Of a stretch of 64,000 nucleotides of DNA, positions 29,912 through 39,451 are shown in pieces. The notes beneath the pieces were generated by a model that was given only the letters and a program-made list of their open reading frames with translations, was not told where the DNA came from and made no database searches. Numbering within the stretch: the first letter of the stretch is position 1; each line of letters starts with the position of its first letter. A program made the translations under genes and the position numbers. The DNA comes from an uncultured Eubacteriales bacterium (GTDB lineage Bacteria > Acidobacteriota > Aminicenantia > Aminicenantales > Aminicenantaceae): the NCBI GenBank assembly GCA_964505785.1, contig CAZDJZ010000002.1, forward strand, positions 269,527 to 333,526, given 5' to 3'.

Positions 29912-31048
29912 TTATTCTTCTTCCCGGTCCATGTTCCCCATTTCTTTTTCCATATCTTCCATCGCAATATCACGTGAAGCTTGAATGCCCATAACGCGAA
30001 GCTTGAAATTATCAGGGCTGGATGAATAACGCATTCCCTGTTCGTATGTTATATACCCATTTTGATATAATTTATAAATGGATTGATCAAATGTCTGCAT
30101 TTTGTATTGGGAAACACCGGAAGCGATAGCATCCCGAATAAGAACGGTTTTTTCTTTATCTTGAATGCATTCTGCAATATAGGGTGTATTGATCATGACT
30201 TCAACAGCCGGCACCCGCCCGTTTCCATCTTTGCGTGGAATCAGACGCATGGAAATAATGGCTTTGATGATACTGGCAAGCTGCAGTCTCACCTGACGCT
30301 GATGGTGGGGGGCAAATACCGACACCACGCGGTTGATTGTCTCCGGGGCATCGGTTGTATGCAGAGTGCTCATCACGAGATGGCCGGTTTCCGCTGCTGT
30401 TAAAGCTGTGCTGATTGTATCATGGTCACGCATTTCTCCGACCAAAATAATGTCCGGGTCTTCGCGCAGGGAGGCCCGCAATCCACGGGAAAATGATTTC
30501 ACATCAAAACCAACCTCTCGCTGACTGATCGAGCTTTGATTATCCGGATGGAGATATTCGATCGGGTCTTCAATCGTGATAATGTTTTCCTTTCTCCGCT
30601 GATTGATATGATTGATCATCGCCGCTAATGTGGTTGTTTTTCCGGAACCGGTTGTTCCGGTGACCATGACCAATCCCCGGCTTTCATTTGCAATGGTTTC
30701 CAACACTTCCGGCAAGAGAAGCTCTTTTATTGTCATGATCTCAAGGGGAATAATCCGGAGCACCATAGCATACGAGCCCCGCTGGCGGTAAATGCTGCCT
30801 CTGAAACGACCGAAACCCGGCAGGCTGTATGCAAGATCAATATCATGATTCTTTTCTAAATCGGCCATCTGGTATTCAGTGGTTACCTGTTTTACCAGTT
30901 CTCCCGTCATCTGAGGGGTTAATTTTGGATACTCATTTAAAATCTTCAATTCTCCATGTATCCTGATAACCGGATGGTTTCCCGCCTTGACGTGGAGATC
31001 GGAGGCATCACTCTCAATAGCGATTTTTAATAATTCATCAATATCCAT
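29912..31048 (-). CDS. pilT: type IV pilus retraction ATPase PilT-family
   Basis: Walker A GTTGSGKTTTLAAM, His box and PilT N-terminal domain. Confidence 0.85.
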   Translation of the reverse strand: MDIDELLKIAIESDASDLHVKAGNHPVIRIHGELKILNEYPKLTPQMTGELVKQVTTEYQMADLEKNHDIDLAYSLPGFGRFRGSIYRQRGSYAMVLRIIPLEIMTIKELLLPEVLETIANESRGLVMVTGTTGSGKTTTLAAMINHINQRRKENIITIEDPIEYLHPDNQSSISQREVGFDVKSFSRGLRASLREDPDIILVGEMRDHDTISTALTAAETGHLVMSTLHTTDAPETINRVVSVFAPHHQRQVRLQLASIIKAIISMRLIPRKDGNGRVPAVEVMINTPYIAECIQDKEKTVLIRDAIASGVSQYKMQTFDQSIYKLYQNGYITYEQGMRYSSSPDNFKLRVMGIQASRDIAMEDMEKEMGNMDREEE

Positions 31049-31073
31049 GGCTTACCCCCCCTTGTTGGTTTTT

Positions 31074-32012
31074 TCATCCTTCATTATATAACCGTGTCAA
31101 CCACTTATATGTATCTTTGCGCTCCCCGCTGATGTATCCAAAAAAGGCTTCTTGCAGCTTTTCCGTTACAGGGCCGCGCTTTCCTTCTCCGATTTCGATC
31201 TTGTCAATCGACCTGACAGGGGTTATTTCTGCAGCAGAACCGGTAAAAAAGATCTCATCAGCAATATAAAGCATTTCTCTTGGTATTTCGGTCTCGATGA
31301 CCGGCATATCCATTTCCTTTGCGAGGATAATGACTGAATCTCTGGTGATGCCGGGAAGAATGGAAGAAGACAAGGGAGGAGTATAAATGCTGCCGTCTTT
31401 CACCACAAAAATATTTTCTCCGCTTCCCTCACTTACAAAACCAGCATTATTAAGTGCAATGCCTTCAATATAGCCTTCTTTGACGGATTCCATCTTAATC
31501 AATTGGGAATTCATATAATTAGCCCCGGCTTTGGCTAAAGCGGGAAAGGTATTCGGAGCCATTCTTTTCCAGGAAGAAACCCGGACATCCACGCCGCTTT
31601 TAAGTGCTTCTTCCCCCAAGTATTTTCCCCATTCCCAGACCATAATAGCGCAATCTACGGGGTTGGGAAAAGGATTGACCCCCAGTGTCCCGTATCCCCG
31701 GTATACGATAGGCCGGACATAACATTCTTTAAATTGGTTCAGCTCTATACATTCAATAATAGCTTGATTGATTTGCTCCTGGGAGTAAGGAATCTCCATC
31801 CGGTAAATTTTACAGGAATTAAACAATCTTTTAACGTGGGCATTGAGACGAAATATGATTGACCCATTTATAGTTTTATAGGTCCGGAAACCCTCGAAAA
31901 TAGAGCTTCCATAATGAATCACATGAGAAGCAATATGAATGTGGGCGTCTTTCCATGGAATAAATTCTCCATTCATCCATATTCGGCTGTTTTCATTAAA
32001 AGGGCTCATCAT
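31074..32012 (-). CDS. ilvE: branched-chain-amino-acid aminotransferase
   Basis: Class IV aminotransferase; [10 protein letters not shown], catalytic Lys context (EGFRTYK). Confidence 0.85.
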   Translation of the reverse strand: MMSPFNENSRIWMNGEFIPWKDAHIHIASHVIHYGSSIFEGFRTYKTINGSIIFRLNAHVKRLFNSCKIYRMEIPYSQEQINQAIIECIELNQFKECYVRPIVYRGYGTLGVNPFPNPVDCAIMVWEWGKYLGEEALKSGVDVRVSSWKRMAPNTFPALAKAGANYMNSQLIKMESVKEGYIEGIALNNAGFVSEGSGENIFVVKDGSIYTPPLSSSILPGITRDSVIILAKEMDMPVIETEIPREMLYIADEIFFTGSAAEITPVRSIDKIEIGEGKRGPVTEKLQEAFFGYISGERKDTYKWLTRLYNEG

Positions 32013-32123
32013 CTCTCCTTTATGATTTATTCCTGCCGGCCAATGCAGGCCTTTATTAAATATAATTATGGAATATGCAGGCTAATTTTTGAAATTTCAT
32101 CTTATCCGAATAACATTTCCAAG

Positions 32124-33062
32124 TCAATTTTCTTCATTACAATACGGGCACCGGGTTGACTTGTAGGGAAGCGGTTTGCGGCAATTCCAGCAGCATGCAT
32201 TTTGCCTGTGCTCCCTGGCCTGAATCCTCCGGCGAATATCGTCGATTTCAGTTTTTTTTGCATCCTTTCCCCGGAAACGTTCCAATGCTTCAATGATTTC
32301 TCCAGCCCCTTGATATCTGTTTCCGGTATCAGAATGAAGACATTTCATGATTATGGTGTCAATTTCACGGGGCAAGTGGCTGTTTTTGATACGAGGAGGG
32401 GTAATCTTACCTTGTTTGGCTTTTTCTAAGATTTTGAAAGGGTCCGGATCAAAAATCGGCGGCCTTCCGATTATCATTTCATAAAAAATACACCCGATTG
32501 AATAAATATCGGATTGAAAGGAAGCTTTCCCCAAAAATTGCTCCGGCGCCATATAGGGCGGAGAACCAATCCTAGTTGAGGCATAAGGAACCTTATTCAA
32601 CCAGGCGGATGTTCCAAAATCTGTTATTTTCACCGTATCATCTTCATTGAGCATAATATTAGATGGACGAAGATCGCGGTGAATTATCCTGTTTTCATGC
32701 GCATGATATACCGCATCACAAATTTGGAGTATATATGCAGCGGCTTTTTCATAATTTAAAATTTTTTCTTTTTCGAGAACTTTTTCCAAAGTTTTTCCCC
32801 GGATATATTCCATCACCATAAAGAAAACTTTGTCTTCCTTTTCCGCCGCCAGCATTCTGACTATATTCGGGTGATTCAGAGCAGCCTGCAAACGGGGTTC
32901 TTTGAGAAGTTTAAAGAGTTCCACGGATTGTTTATGCGGAACTTTAATAGCAACAGGAATATTCAGCCAAGTGTCTTTAGCTAAATAGACCGCGCCAAAA
33001 CCTCCGCTTCCCAATGATCGTAATATCTGATATTTTCCGACTTTTTGTCCCTGTAAAAACAT
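32124..33062 (-). CDS. Ser/Thr protein kinase with C-terminal zinc-ribbon, no TM segment
   Basis: GSGGFGAVYLA, VAIK, HRDLRPSNIML, DFG, APE; C-terminal CCWNCRKP...CPYC. Confidence 0.8.
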   Translation of the reverse strand: MFLQGQKVGKYQILRSLGSGGFGAVYLAKDTWLNIPVAIKVPHKQSVELFKLLKEPRLQAALNHPNIVRMLAAEKEDKVFFMVMEYIRGKTLEKVLEKEKILNYEKAAAYILQICDAVYHAHENRIIHRDLRPSNIMLNEDDTVKITDFGTSAWLNKVPYASTRIGSPPYMAPEQFLGKASFQSDIYSIGCIFYEMIIGRPPIFDPDPFKILEKAKQGKITPPRIKNSHLPREIDTIIMKCLHSDTGNRYQGAGEIIEALERFRGKDAKKTEIDDIRRRIQAREHRQNACCWNCRKPLPYKSTRCPYCNEEN

Positions 33063-33063
33063 C

Positions 33064-33795
33064 TCAACTCATCCAGAAGTGAGAAATGATGGCCAAACCG
33101 CTGATCGCAGCTGTTTCCGATCGCAATGTCATCCGGCCTAAACTGGCCATTCGGAACCCGTGCTGAACTATAGTCTTTTTTTCCGGGTCTGTCCAGTCTC
33201 CTTCCGGCCCCACTAAAAGCAGAACATCATCTTCAGGAGGAGATGAATCAAGAATAACATCTTTAAGAGTGTTATCCGCTTGCTGGCTTAAGCAAAACCC
33301 TGCTCCGCTATGTTTTGCTTCCAAAAAGGCCGTTAACGGCACAGGTTTTTTTATCTCAGGCAAATCCGTCCGGCCGCTTTGCTTGGCTGCATCAAGAATA
33401 ATTTTTTTCCAGCGTGTTAGTTTTTTTTGTATATTCCCTTCGAATTTAACCACAGACCGGTCGGTGACAACCGGTGAAATGCATGCAGCGCCCAGCTCCG
33501 TGGATTTTTGTATGACAAACTCCATGGCTTTAGCTTTAATTAAGGCCGGCGCCAAAATTAATTTTAGATTGAATCCATTGGGATTAAATGATTCCAGAAT
33601 GCGGAGCCTGGTTGTGGAAGAATCGATATGCTCTATCCGTGCCGAATATAAAATTCCCTTATCATCAAAAATTTCAATTTTTTGTCCAGCCTGTATCCGG
33701 ACAACCCGGCTGAGATGATGATGTTCCCTTCCCTCAAGAAAAATATGCGGCGGTTGGATTTGACTTGCCGCAGCGAAAAAACGTTTAGCTGTCAA
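33064..33795 (-). CDS. rsmE: 16S rRNA (uracil1498-N3)-methyltransferase
   Basis: RsmE family PUA + SPOUT fold; overlaps dnaJ stop (operon). Confidence 0.8.
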   Translation of the reverse strand: MTAKRFFAAASQIQPPHIFLEGREHHHLSRVVRIQAGQKIEIFDDKGILYSARIEHIDSSTTRLRILESFNPNGFNLKLILAPALIKAKAMEFVIQKSTELGAACISPVVTDRSVVKFEGNIQKKLTRWKKIILDAAKQSGRTDLPEIKKPVPLTAFLEAKHSGAGFCLSQQADNTLKDVILDSSPPEDDVLLLVGPEGDWTDPEKKTIVQHGFRMASLGRMTLRSETAAISGLAIISHFWMS

Positions 33796-34922
33796 TGAAA
33801 TAGATTCTTGATTTTATTAATAATATTCTTATTCACCTCTTCCAGATTTTCTCCCCTGGATTCAGCAAATTTTATTAATAATTCCTGCTGTTCCTGTGTC
33901 AGCTTTTCAGGTGTATCCACATGAACCTGAATGAATAAGTCACCTTTTTGATGATTATTAATATTGCGGATCCCCTTTCCTTTCATCTTTAAAATTTTCC
34001 CGGATTGCGTGCCGGCTGGAATTTCCATGGTTTCATTTCCGTCCAAAGTCGGCACTTCGATTTTGGTGCCTACAGCGGCTTTCGGAAATGAAATATGGGT
34101 TTCGCAATATAAGTCGCTTCCCTCCCGTTGGAATATTTCATGGGGTTTCACGCGAATGATCACAAACAAATCTCCCCTGGGCGCTCCTTGCGTCCCGGCT
34201 TCTCCCTCACCGGAAACCCGCAGCCGCATTCCATCTTCAACCCCAGGCGGAATTTTAAATTCAACCGATTTTCTCTTTTTCACCTTCCCTGTCCCATTAC
34301 ATTCTTTGCAGGGATTGGCTATGACATCTCCGGCTCCATGACAGCGGGGGCACTCCCGGGCTACTGTAAAGAATCCCTGTTGATATCGGATTTGACCTTT
34401 TCCGCTGCATTGGGGACAATTAATTCTTTCAGTCCCCGGCTTCATGCCGCTTCCGTCACACGCAGGACACTGCTCAGCCCGGTTCAGCTTAACATTTTTT
34501 TCAATGCCGAAAGCAGCCTCCTCAAGAGTAAGTTTAACTTCAAGCGCTAAATCCCGGCCGGCCTGAGACCGGTGCCTTCTTTGTCTTCCACCTCCAAAAA
34601 TATCACCGAATCCAAATCTGAAAAAATCTCCCAGGATATCTTCAAATCCATGAAATACGGACGAATCAAATCCGGAGAATCCTCCGAATCCCTCCCCCTT
34701 TAAACCGGCCTGGCCATACCGGTCATAAATGGACCGTTTTTCTGTATCAATAAGAATGCTATAGGCTTCGGCAGCCTTTTTAAATTTATCCTCAGCTTCC
34801 TGGTTTCCCGGATTTCGATCCGGATGGTATTTTAAGGCCTGTTGGCGGTAGGCCTTCTTTATTTCTTCGGATGACGCGGTTCGCGCGACACCCAGCACTT
34901 CATAATAATCTAAGTCATTCAT
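33792..34922 (-). CDS. dnaJ: molecular chaperone DnaJ
   Basis: J domain with HPD, G/F-rich region, four CxxCxGxG zinc-finger repeats. Confidence 0.95.
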   Translation of the reverse strand: MNDLDYYEVLGVARTASSEEIKKAYRQQALKYHPDRNPGNQEAEDKFKKAAEAYSILIDTEKRSIYDRYGQAGLKGEGFGGFSGFDSSVFHGFEDILGDFFRFGFGDIFGGGRQRRHRSQAGRDLALEVKLTLEEAAFGIEKNVKLNRAEQCPACDGSGMKPGTERINCPQCSGKGQIRYQQGFFTVARECPRCHGAGDVIANPCKECNGTGKVKKRKSVEFKIPPGVEDGMRLRVSGEGEAGTQGAPRGDLFVIIRVKPHEIFQREGSDLYCETHISFPKAAVGTKIEVPTLDGNETMEIPAGTQSGKILKMKGKGIRNINNHQKGDLFIQVHVDTPEKLTQEQQELLIKFAESRGENLEEVNKNIINKIKNLFH

Positions 34923-36513
34923 TCCCGGAATTCTCCTCCTTACCTTTTTCGATTTCAGATTTTTGTGCAGTACGACGTATTATCGTATTGATTTCATCTT
35001 TGCTTAATCCTGATGACGGCTTGACTTCAATTTCCTGCCTATGTCCGGTCGACATATCCATGGCGGAGACTTTAACCAATCCATCTGAATCTATTTCAAA
35101 AGTCACATCTATCTGCGGCACTCCAGCCGGAGCCAACCCGATTCCCACCAAATCAAAAACAGCCAAGGATATATTTTTTTCCGCTTCTTCCTGATCGCCT
35201 TGAAGAATATGGACCCGAACCCGCCGCTGATTATCTTCTACAGTGGTGAATGACATGGTTTTTTTTGTTGGAATAGTGGTATTCTTGTCAATAATGCGCG
35301 TAAAGCCCCCTTTTTCTGTTTCAATTCCCAGGGACAACGGAGTCACATCCAGAAGGAGCACCAGATCGGTCATCTTTCCTTGAAGAATTCCTCCTTGAAT
35401 TGCAGCTCCCATTGCGACAATTTCGTCCGGATTGATTTTTTCTACCGGCTCCTGGCGGTAATAGTCCGCTATCATTTTTTTTATCAGCGGCATCCGGGTT
35501 TGCCCTCCAACCAGCAGTATTTCATTTATATCTTCCGGTTCCAAGCCGCAGTCGGTAAAAGCCTGCTCCATATATGGAAACGTTTTTTCCACCAAATCCC
35601 GGGTTAATTGTTCCAGTTTCATGCGCGTCAGTTTTCTGCGGATATGTTTGGATACCGAGTTTGAAGAACATATAAAGGGAAGGTTAATTTCGCTCTCCAT
35701 GGTAAAAGACAGCTCCCTTTTTGATCTTTCCGAGGCTTCTTTTATCCGCTGCAGCGCCAATTTATTCTGGGCAAGGTCTACTCCGGTTTCCTCCTTGAAT
35801 TCCTCTAATATCCAATCGAGAATGCGGTTATCAAAATCCTCTCCGCCCAGAAAAGAATCACCATTGGTAGAGAGAACATGAAATATTCCGTTCTCAATCT
35901 CCAAAATAGTTATATCAAATGTTCCTCCTCCTAAATCATATACAGCTACTTTCACATCTTCTTTTTTGTCCAGACCGTATGCCAAACTTGCGGCAGTAGG
36001 CTCATTGATTACCCTTAAAACTTCCAAACCGGCAATCCGGGCGGAGTCTTTGGTAGCCTGGCGTTGATGATCATTGAAATGAGCCGGCACGGTGATTACG
36101 CATTCCGTAATCTCTTCACCAAAGTAAGATTCCGCACATCTCTTCAAATATTCCAGTATATACGCTGAAATCTCCTGGGGACTTATCACTTGGTCCCCTC
36201 TTTTAACCATTACATCGCCGTTAGCCGCCTCAGTTAATGTGTATGGAATTCTTTCCTGGGTTTCCCGTGCCTCTCTGGAGTCAAATTTACCCCCAATCAA
36301 TCTTTTTATAGCAAAAAATGTATTATCGGGATTTGTAATGGCTTGGCGCAGAGCCGGGTTTCCCACCAGTTTTTCACCCGAACTTGTGAAACCGACGACA
36401 GACGGAGTTGTCATAAAGCCTTCCAAATTGGGGATAACCTTCGGCCGGTTGGACTCCAGGCAAGCGACGCAGGAATATGTTGTCCCTAAATCAATTCCAA
36501 TGACTTGACCCAT
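34915..36513 (-). CDS. dnaK: Hsp70 chaperone DnaK, short form lacking most of the C-terminal helical lid (532 aa)
   Basis: [16 protein letters not shown], full NBD and beta-SBD; ends shortly after SBD-beta (…[13 protein letters not shown]) and overlaps dnaJ start, so no room for lid. Confidence 0.85.
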   Translation of the reverse strand: MGQVIGIDLGTTYSCVACLESNRPKVIPNLEGFMTTPSVVGFTSSGEKLVGNPALRQAITNPDNTFFAIKRLIGGKFDSREARETQERIPYTLTEAANGDVMVKRGDQVISPQEISAYILEYLKRCAESYFGEEITECVITVPAHFNDHQRQATKDSARIAGLEVLRVINEPTAASLAYGLDKKEDVKVAVYDLGGGTFDITILEIENGIFHVLSTNGDSFLGGEDFDNRILDWILEEFKEETGVDLAQNKLALQRIKEASERSKRELSFTMESEINLPFICSSNSVSKHIRRKLTRMKLEQLTRDLVEKTFPYMEQAFTDCGLEPEDINEILLVGGQTRMPLIKKMIADYYRQEPVEKINPDEIVAMGAAIQGGILQGKMTDLVLLLDVTPLSLGIETEKGGFTRIIDKNTTIPTKKTMSFTTVEDNQRRVRVHILQGDQEEAEKNISLAVFDLVGIGLAPAGVPQIDVTFEIDSDGLVKVSAMDMSTGHRQEIEVKPSSGLSKDEINTIIRRTAQKSEIEKGKEENSGNE

Positions 36514-36516
36514 GGC

Positions 36517-37131
36517 TTATCCCTCTTTCTTCGGAATCTTTACTTTCACCAAAGACGGGCGCAGCAATCTATTATGGATCATATATCCCTTTTGTAAAAT
36601 TTCACTCACCTCCGGTTCATCGACATCCGCTGATTCTTCACTGGCAAATGCTTGATGAAGCCTCGGGTCAAATTCTTTTTCTTTTATTTCAATAGGCTTG
36701 ACTCCCTGTTTTTTCATCACATCCATAAATTGGCGGTAAATCAGTTCAATCCCTTCCCGGAAACTTTCTCCGTTTTTCTCATCGTCACTTTCCAACGCCC
36801 TTTCAAAGTTATCCAGTACCGTTAAAAAGTCTTTTATTATTTCACTCAGGGCATATTGATAAAATTCACTTTTTTCTCGCTCCGTTCTTTTTCTGAGATT
36901 TTCATTTTCCGCCGCCGCCCGGAGATATTCTTCTTTGAATTTCTTTGCTTCTTCCCGGGCCTCATCCAAATCTTTCTTTAATGTTTCCGGATTGCCATCC
37001 TGCTCATGGTCATCACGGTTTTCATCCTGAAAGTTTGATTCCGGCTCATCGATGTATTCGATCTCAACATCATTTTCATCCTGATTCTTGGTTTTTTTTA
37101 TATCAGTGTCGTCCTTTATTTTCTTGTCCAT
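36517..37131 (-). CDS. grpE: nucleotide exchange factor GrpE
   Basis: Acidic N-terminus, coiled coil, conserved C-terminal GrpE beta domain. Confidence 0.9.
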   Translation of the reverse strand: MDKKIKDDTDIKKTKNQDENDVEIEYIDEPESNFQDENRDDHEQDGNPETLKKDLDEAREEAKKFKEEYLRAAAENENLRKRTEREKSEFYQYALSEIIKDFLTVLDNFERALESDDEKNGESFREGIELIYRQFMDVMKKQGVKPIEIKEKEFDPRLHQAFASEESADVDEPEVSEILQKGYMIHNRLLRPSLVKVKIPKKEG

Positions 37132-37150
37132 AAAAATGTCCTCCTATTGA

Positions 37151-38194
37151 TTACTGATTATAACTAAAGGTTTGGCTTAGTTTTTTGGCAACGCACTCCA
37201 CTAACGGGATGATTTTTTTGTAAGGAAGTCTTTTCGGCCCTAAAATTCCTAAACTTCCAAGTATCTGATTTTCCGTTCCATAATGAGAAAGAATCAAGGA
37301 ACACTCGGAAATATCGGGAATGTCAACTTCCGTTCCTATCAAAACTTTCACTCTGTCCAAACTAATAAACTCAGATAATAATCTTGCCAGCTTAGATTTT
37401 TCCTCAAAATTACGAAAAAGGGACTGGAGCTTTTCCATGCTGAACAATTCTGGTTTTTCCAATAATTTTGATGTTCCCTGCATAAAAATATCGCTCCGAT
37501 TACATTCTTGCTTAAAATAGGCCTTAATTAAGATTGATATTTTTTCTAAACCGTCCTCGAACTTCACTCGATATTTCGGCACCTGTTCCATGAGGTAACC
37601 TTTAACGAATTCTAATGTCCTTCCTTGGAAGTTCTGATTCATGAAATGGGACGCCTTATCCAGTTCTGTTTGAGAAAAATAGGCCGATGTCTCTACAATC
37701 TCATTGACAACCATATTGGATGTTGTGATTAAAATCAGGAGAATCTTATCTTCACCGATTTTAATAAAACGCGCGTGTTTAAAGTTTAACCGTGAAATCC
37801 TGGGAGATATGACAAATCCCATATTATTTGAGTATTCTGATAACATTTCTGATGTTTTATTCAAAAGAGAGCGGAAATCGAACTTTTTCGAACGAATATC
37901 ATCCAGAGAATAATCAACAGCATGAATATCTTGGAATGCATCTTCCAACAGGCTGTTTACATAGAACCGCAAACCTAAATCCGTCGGCACACGGCCGGCG
38001 GAAGTATGGGGCTGCTTTAGATAGCCCCGGTTTTCCAGCTTGACCATAATATTTCTAACTGTTGCAGAGGAAACGTCCACCTTGTCCTTATCCGCAATTA
38101 ATCCAGAGCTGACAGGTTTTCCGATTTTTAAGTAATTTTCAACAATCAGTTTAAAAATGTATCTGTCTTTATCTCTAAAATTTTCGGACTTCAA
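37151..38194 (-). CDS. hrcA: heat-inducible transcription repressor HrcA (TTG start)
   Basis: N-terminal wHTH (IFKLIVENYLKIGKPVSSGLI); TTG at 38192-38194 6 nt after GGAGGAG RBS; the ATG-initiated ORF extension (to 38251) reads through the promoter. Confidence 0.8.
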   Translation of the reverse strand: MKSENFRDKDRYIFKLIVENYLKIGKPVSSGLIADKDKVDVSSATVRNIMVKLENRGYLKQPHTSAGRVPTDLGLRFYVNSLLEDAFQDIHAVDYSLDDIRSKKFDFRSLLNKTSEMLSEYSNNMGFVISPRISRLNFKHARFIKIGEDKILLILITTSNMVVNEIVETSAYFSQTELDKASHFMNQNFQGRTLEFVKGYLMEQVPKYRVKFEDGLEKISILIKAYFKQECNRSDIFMQGTSKLLEKPELFSMEKLQSLFRNFEEKSKLARLLSEFISLDRVKVLIGTEVDIPDISECSLILSHYGTENQILGSLGILGPKRLPYKKIIPLVECVAKKLSQTFSYNQ

Positions 38195-38210
38195 GGGTCT
38201 TCTCCTCCTG

Positions 38211-38242
38211 TTTTTATAGCATTTATGCTGAAAAAAAGTCAA
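38211..38242 (-). promoter_or_regulatory. sigma70-like promoter (TTGACT-N18-TATAAA) whose spacer is an imperfect dyad TTTTTTCAGCAT-AA-ATGCTATAAAAA; candidate non-CIRCE operator of hrcA
   Basis: Read on minus strand: TTGACTttttttcagcataaatgcTATAAAaacaGGAGGAGaagacccTTG. No TTAGCACTC-N9-GAGTGCTAA found in window. Confidence 0.35.
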
Positions 38243-38313
38243 CATACACATCTGCAGCCAAATCAGAGAACAATCTGATTTTTTGCTCCGCCTGCTCTAT
38301 GACTTATTCTGAA

Positions 38314-39129
38314 TTATTCAGACTGGCGGATACGAATGCCGGCATACCCCACAACTTCATTATAATCGCCGGTAACATCCCCCGAAGTTTGATATTGAAT
38401 CAATTCAGCCTTTTCGGCACCTAATACCTGGGCTGCCACCATAGCTGCAATCGTCGGCTGAAATCCGCACATGCTGATATTATTTTCCCGTACAACTTCG
38501 TATAATTTTTCAGGCTGCATTTCCAAAATTTCATCTATTGCCATAAAATCATGTTCTTTAGCTGTTTCTTGAGAAACTTGATGGCTCATATCCGTGCTGG
38601 CAACAATCAATACATTTTTATCATAACTATTAACGCTTGCTGCTATGGCTTTACCCAATTCTATTAAATCAGAATAATCTGCATTATAGGAAATTAATAT
38701 TGGAACCATGGAAAACTCTGGTTTTAAATATTTTATAAGCGGCAGCTGCACTTCCAGAGAATGCTCCCGGGCATGAGCTTCGCTGTCTTCTTTGACCCAG
38801 GAAGCATTTTTTGTGATATCCGCCGCCAATTGATTTTCCACAGGAATATCCCCTAATGGGATTTCCCATTTTCCGTTGGTCATTATAGCCGCTTTATTAG
38901 GCATATATCCATGGCTGGGACCAAGCAATATTATTGTATCCGGCATTTTAACAGAGGAATAAACCGCGCCGGCTACTTTGCCTGAATATATTAAACCAGC
39001 ATGGGGACATATCACGGCAACAGCATATTTTTTTTCTAAGCGTAAATCAATATATCCGGAAACCATATCACTCAATTCTTTTTTTCCGGAAGGATAGAAA
39101 TACCCAGCTACATATGCTTTTCTTTTCAT
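38314..39129 (-). CDS. MEMO1-family protein (AmmeMemoRadiSam system protein B-like)
   Basis: AGYFYP...ICPHAGLIYSG...REHSLEVQLP motifs; likely start MKRKAYVAGYFYP. Confidence 0.65.
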   Translation of the reverse strand: MKRKAYVAGYFYPSGKKELSDMVSGYIDLRLEKKYAVAVICPHAGLIYSGKVAGAVYSSVKMPDTIILLGPSHGYMPNKAAIMTNGKWEIPLGDIPVENQLAADITKNASWVKEDSEAHAREHSLEVQLPLIKYLKPEFSMVPILISYNADYSDLIELGKAIAASVNSYDKNVLIVASTDMSHQVSQETAKEHDFMAIDEILEMQPEKLYEVVRENNISMCGFQPTIAAMVAAQVLGAEKAELIQYQTSGDVTGDYNEVVGYAGIRIRQSE

Positions 39130-39183
39130 TTTTTCTTCCTCCAAAAAAGTGAGTACATAATATTTTACCATGAATTCATCATG

Positions 39184-39451
39184 AGAATAATTCACTTCAA
39201 ATAATGAAAATGACCCCTATGTCATTCCCGGAGGGAAGCAGCGGGAATCTTAGACAGCATCGTTATGCTCGCTTCGCTCGTGCTCATCGCGTACTTTTAG
39301 TCCATCTAAGCTTATCTAGGTCTGTTCAATCTGTTCGGTCGGCTCGCTTTATTATGCTTCTCCGTTGCCCATATCCGGATTAGAACGCTTGGCTCAAGGA
39401 CGAAAGCTGCGCTGTCGTTTCCAAACGAGTAAAGCAGGCTAATAATCCAGC
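39184..39451. repeat. MITE-like element, long form (~268 bp) with degenerate TIRs, right end abuts stop codon of saccharopine dehydrogenase gene
   Basis: gaataattcac...atgtcattcccggagggaagcagcgggaatc hairpin module...caaggacgaaagctgcgctgtcg...caggctaataatccagc; homologous to 49599-49841, 51061-51197, 59257-59463. Confidence 0.5.

Noticed and set aside
37175-37205. CIRCE-like TTAG...CTAA framed sequence (ttagttttttggcaacgcactccactaa)
   Set aside because: Half-sites do not match TTAGCACTC / GAGTGCTAA and it lies inside the hrcA coding region, not a promoter.
37151-38251. ATG-initiated long form of hrcA
   Set aside because: N-terminal 19 codons read through the promoter and RBS; TTG at 38194 with GGAGGAG RBS gives the conserved HrcA N-terminus.
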